From Elusimicrobiota bacterium (lineage in GTDB: Bacteria > Elusimicrobiota > Elusimicrobia > Elusimicrobiales > UBA9959), in the NCBI GenBank assembly GCA_037137395.1, contig JBAXKK010000025.1, positions 1 to 28,872 of the forward strand: DNA of 28,872 nt, given 5' to 3'. The translations under genes were made by a program, and so were the position numbers. Numbering within the stretch: the first letter of the stretch is position 1; every line of letters starts with the position of its first letter. A model generated the notes under the pieces. The model was not told where the DNA came from. It saw only the letters and a program-made list of their open reading frames with translations, and searched no databases. Positions 27,887 through 28,872 of this stretch are shown one piece after another.

Positions 27887-27979
27887 CGTAAAGCGGAAAG
27901 CGTAAGCCGTAAAGGGCCATAGCAATCGAAATTCCTTACAAGTTTTTAACTCTTTGCGCTTTACGCTTCACATTTTACG
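27887..27979. repeat. Inverted 7-bp-period arrays: (CGTAAAG)x4 ... (CTTTACG)x4
   Basis: cgtaaag cggaaag cgtaagc cgtaaag (27887-27914); ctttgcg ctttacg cttcaca ttttacg (27952-27979). Confidence 0.85.
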
Positions 27980-27983
27980 CCAA

Positions 27984-28547
27984 TTATTTTTCCGGAGTAA
28001 AGCATTTCCTGCAGCGGGCCTCGTATTTATCTCCGGCTCCGACTTCTATGCGCTTAGAACTGTCTGTCAGGCGCTGGCTGAAATGCGCCGGGTTGCCGCA
28101 GACCATGCAGATGGCCAAATTTTTGGTAACGAACTCGGAAACAGCCATAAGGCGGGCCATGTTGGCGAAAGGCTCTCCGCGGTAATCCTGATCCAGTCCG
28201 GCCACAATCACACGCTTACCGGAGTTGGCAAGCTTTTGACATATATCAACGATATCTTCGGCAAAAAAATGCGCCTCATCTATACCCACCACCTGCGTGT
28301 CGTGATCGATCTCTTTGAGAATGTCTTTAGCCGTTTTAACTGGCCTGGACGGCAGCATGGATTTATCGTGCGAGACAAGATGTTCTTTGCCATAGCGCAC
28401 ATCCAGATGCGAATTAAAAACCTGCACTTTCTGTCTGGCGATATTGGCGAGCCGAAGCCGCCTGATGAGTTCCTGGGTCTTGCCGGAGAACATACTGCCG
28501 CAGACCACCTCTATCCAGCCCGATGAATTTGAGACATTAAAGATCAT
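27984..28547 (-). CDS. tdk: Thymidine kinase
   Basis: GWIEVVCGSMFSGKTQEL (P-loop), IDEAHFF, VIVAGLDQDYRGEPF, zinc ligands CMVC and CRKC; ATGA overlap with the upstream gene. Confidence 0.96.
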   Translation of the reverse strand: MIFNVSNSSGWIEVVCGSMFSGKTQELIRRLRLANIARQKVQVFNSHLDVRYGKEHLVSHDKSMLPSRPVKTAKDILKEIDHDTQVVGIDEAHFFAEDIVDICQKLANSGKRVIVAGLDQDYRGEPFANMARLMAVSEFVTKNLAICMVCGNPAHFSQRLTDSSKRIEVGAGDKYEARCRKCFTPEK

Positions 28548-28870
28548 TTCTCCCCCCTGAATTTAGCTGAAAAATAATCCCAGGTAAGTTTAAGGCCTTC
28601 CGGGAACTTCACCAGCGGCTTGTAACCCAGCTCCCTGCGGGCGCGGGAGATGTCGGAATAAGTCTTGCGGATATCGCCCTTGCGCTTGGGTGAAAATGTT
28701 CTTTCTATCCTGCGCCCGGTTATTTTCTCCAGCTCGCGCGCTATATCAAGAAGTGAAATATTGGTGCCGGTGGCGACATTTATGGTCAGGCCGGAAACCC
28801 TCGCCGGCGCGAGAGCCGCGCGGATATTGCCGTCAACCACATTAGACACGAAAGTGAAGTCGCGCGACTG
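28544..28870 (-). CDS. NAD-dependent epimerase/dehydratase (extended SDR), C-terminal part only; gene runs off the window
   Basis: Frame reads QSRDFTFVSNVVDGN...INVATG...RKGDIRKTYSDISRARRELGYKP...EGLKLTWDYF. Confidence 0.9.
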   Translation of the reverse strand, partial: QSRDFTFVSNVVDGNIRAALAPARVSGLTINVATGTNISLLDIARELEKITGRRIERTFSPKRKGDIRKTYSDISRARRELGYKPLVKFPEGLKLTWDYFSAKFRGEK

Positions 28871-28872
28871 TC

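Noticed and set aside
27100..27980. Intact IS5 element
   Set aside because: No catalytic domain and no terminal inverted repeats or target duplication found by eye
27954..28526. 190-aa + strand ORF
   Set aside because: Antisense shadow of tdk

Overview
Bacterial chromosomal window from a Gram-negative organism. The combination of a PorV/PorQ-family gene, a secreted FecR-domain gene and a giant repeat protein suggests Elusimicrobiota; this is an inference and was not verified. Housekeeping genes lie on both sides: ligA-nusB, SPFH/slipin, hemW, valS plus two membrane hypotheticals on the left; polyprenyl synthetase-menA, pal-cpoB-tolB, tdk and a partial NAD-dependent epimerase on the right. 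Between them is a 13.4 kb minus-strand cell-surface cassette under a perfect-consensus sigma70 promoter. It encodes a secreted FecR-domain protein, a predicted outer-membrane beta-barrel, a 3096-aa beta-propeller/Ig-like protein ending in a T9SS-type C-terminal sorting domain, and a PorV/PorQ-family barrel. Other notable items: (i) a stand-alone IS5-transposase N-terminal domain whose catalytic half is replaced by a MinD-like amphipathic tail, next to a ~117-nt structured hairpin; (ii) an orphan NTF2-fold immunity gene; (iii) a recurring class of intergenic 7/8/16-bp-period tandem arrays, often with inverted arms, in at least seven intergenic regions. All family calls come from motif recognition by eye; no database searches were run.
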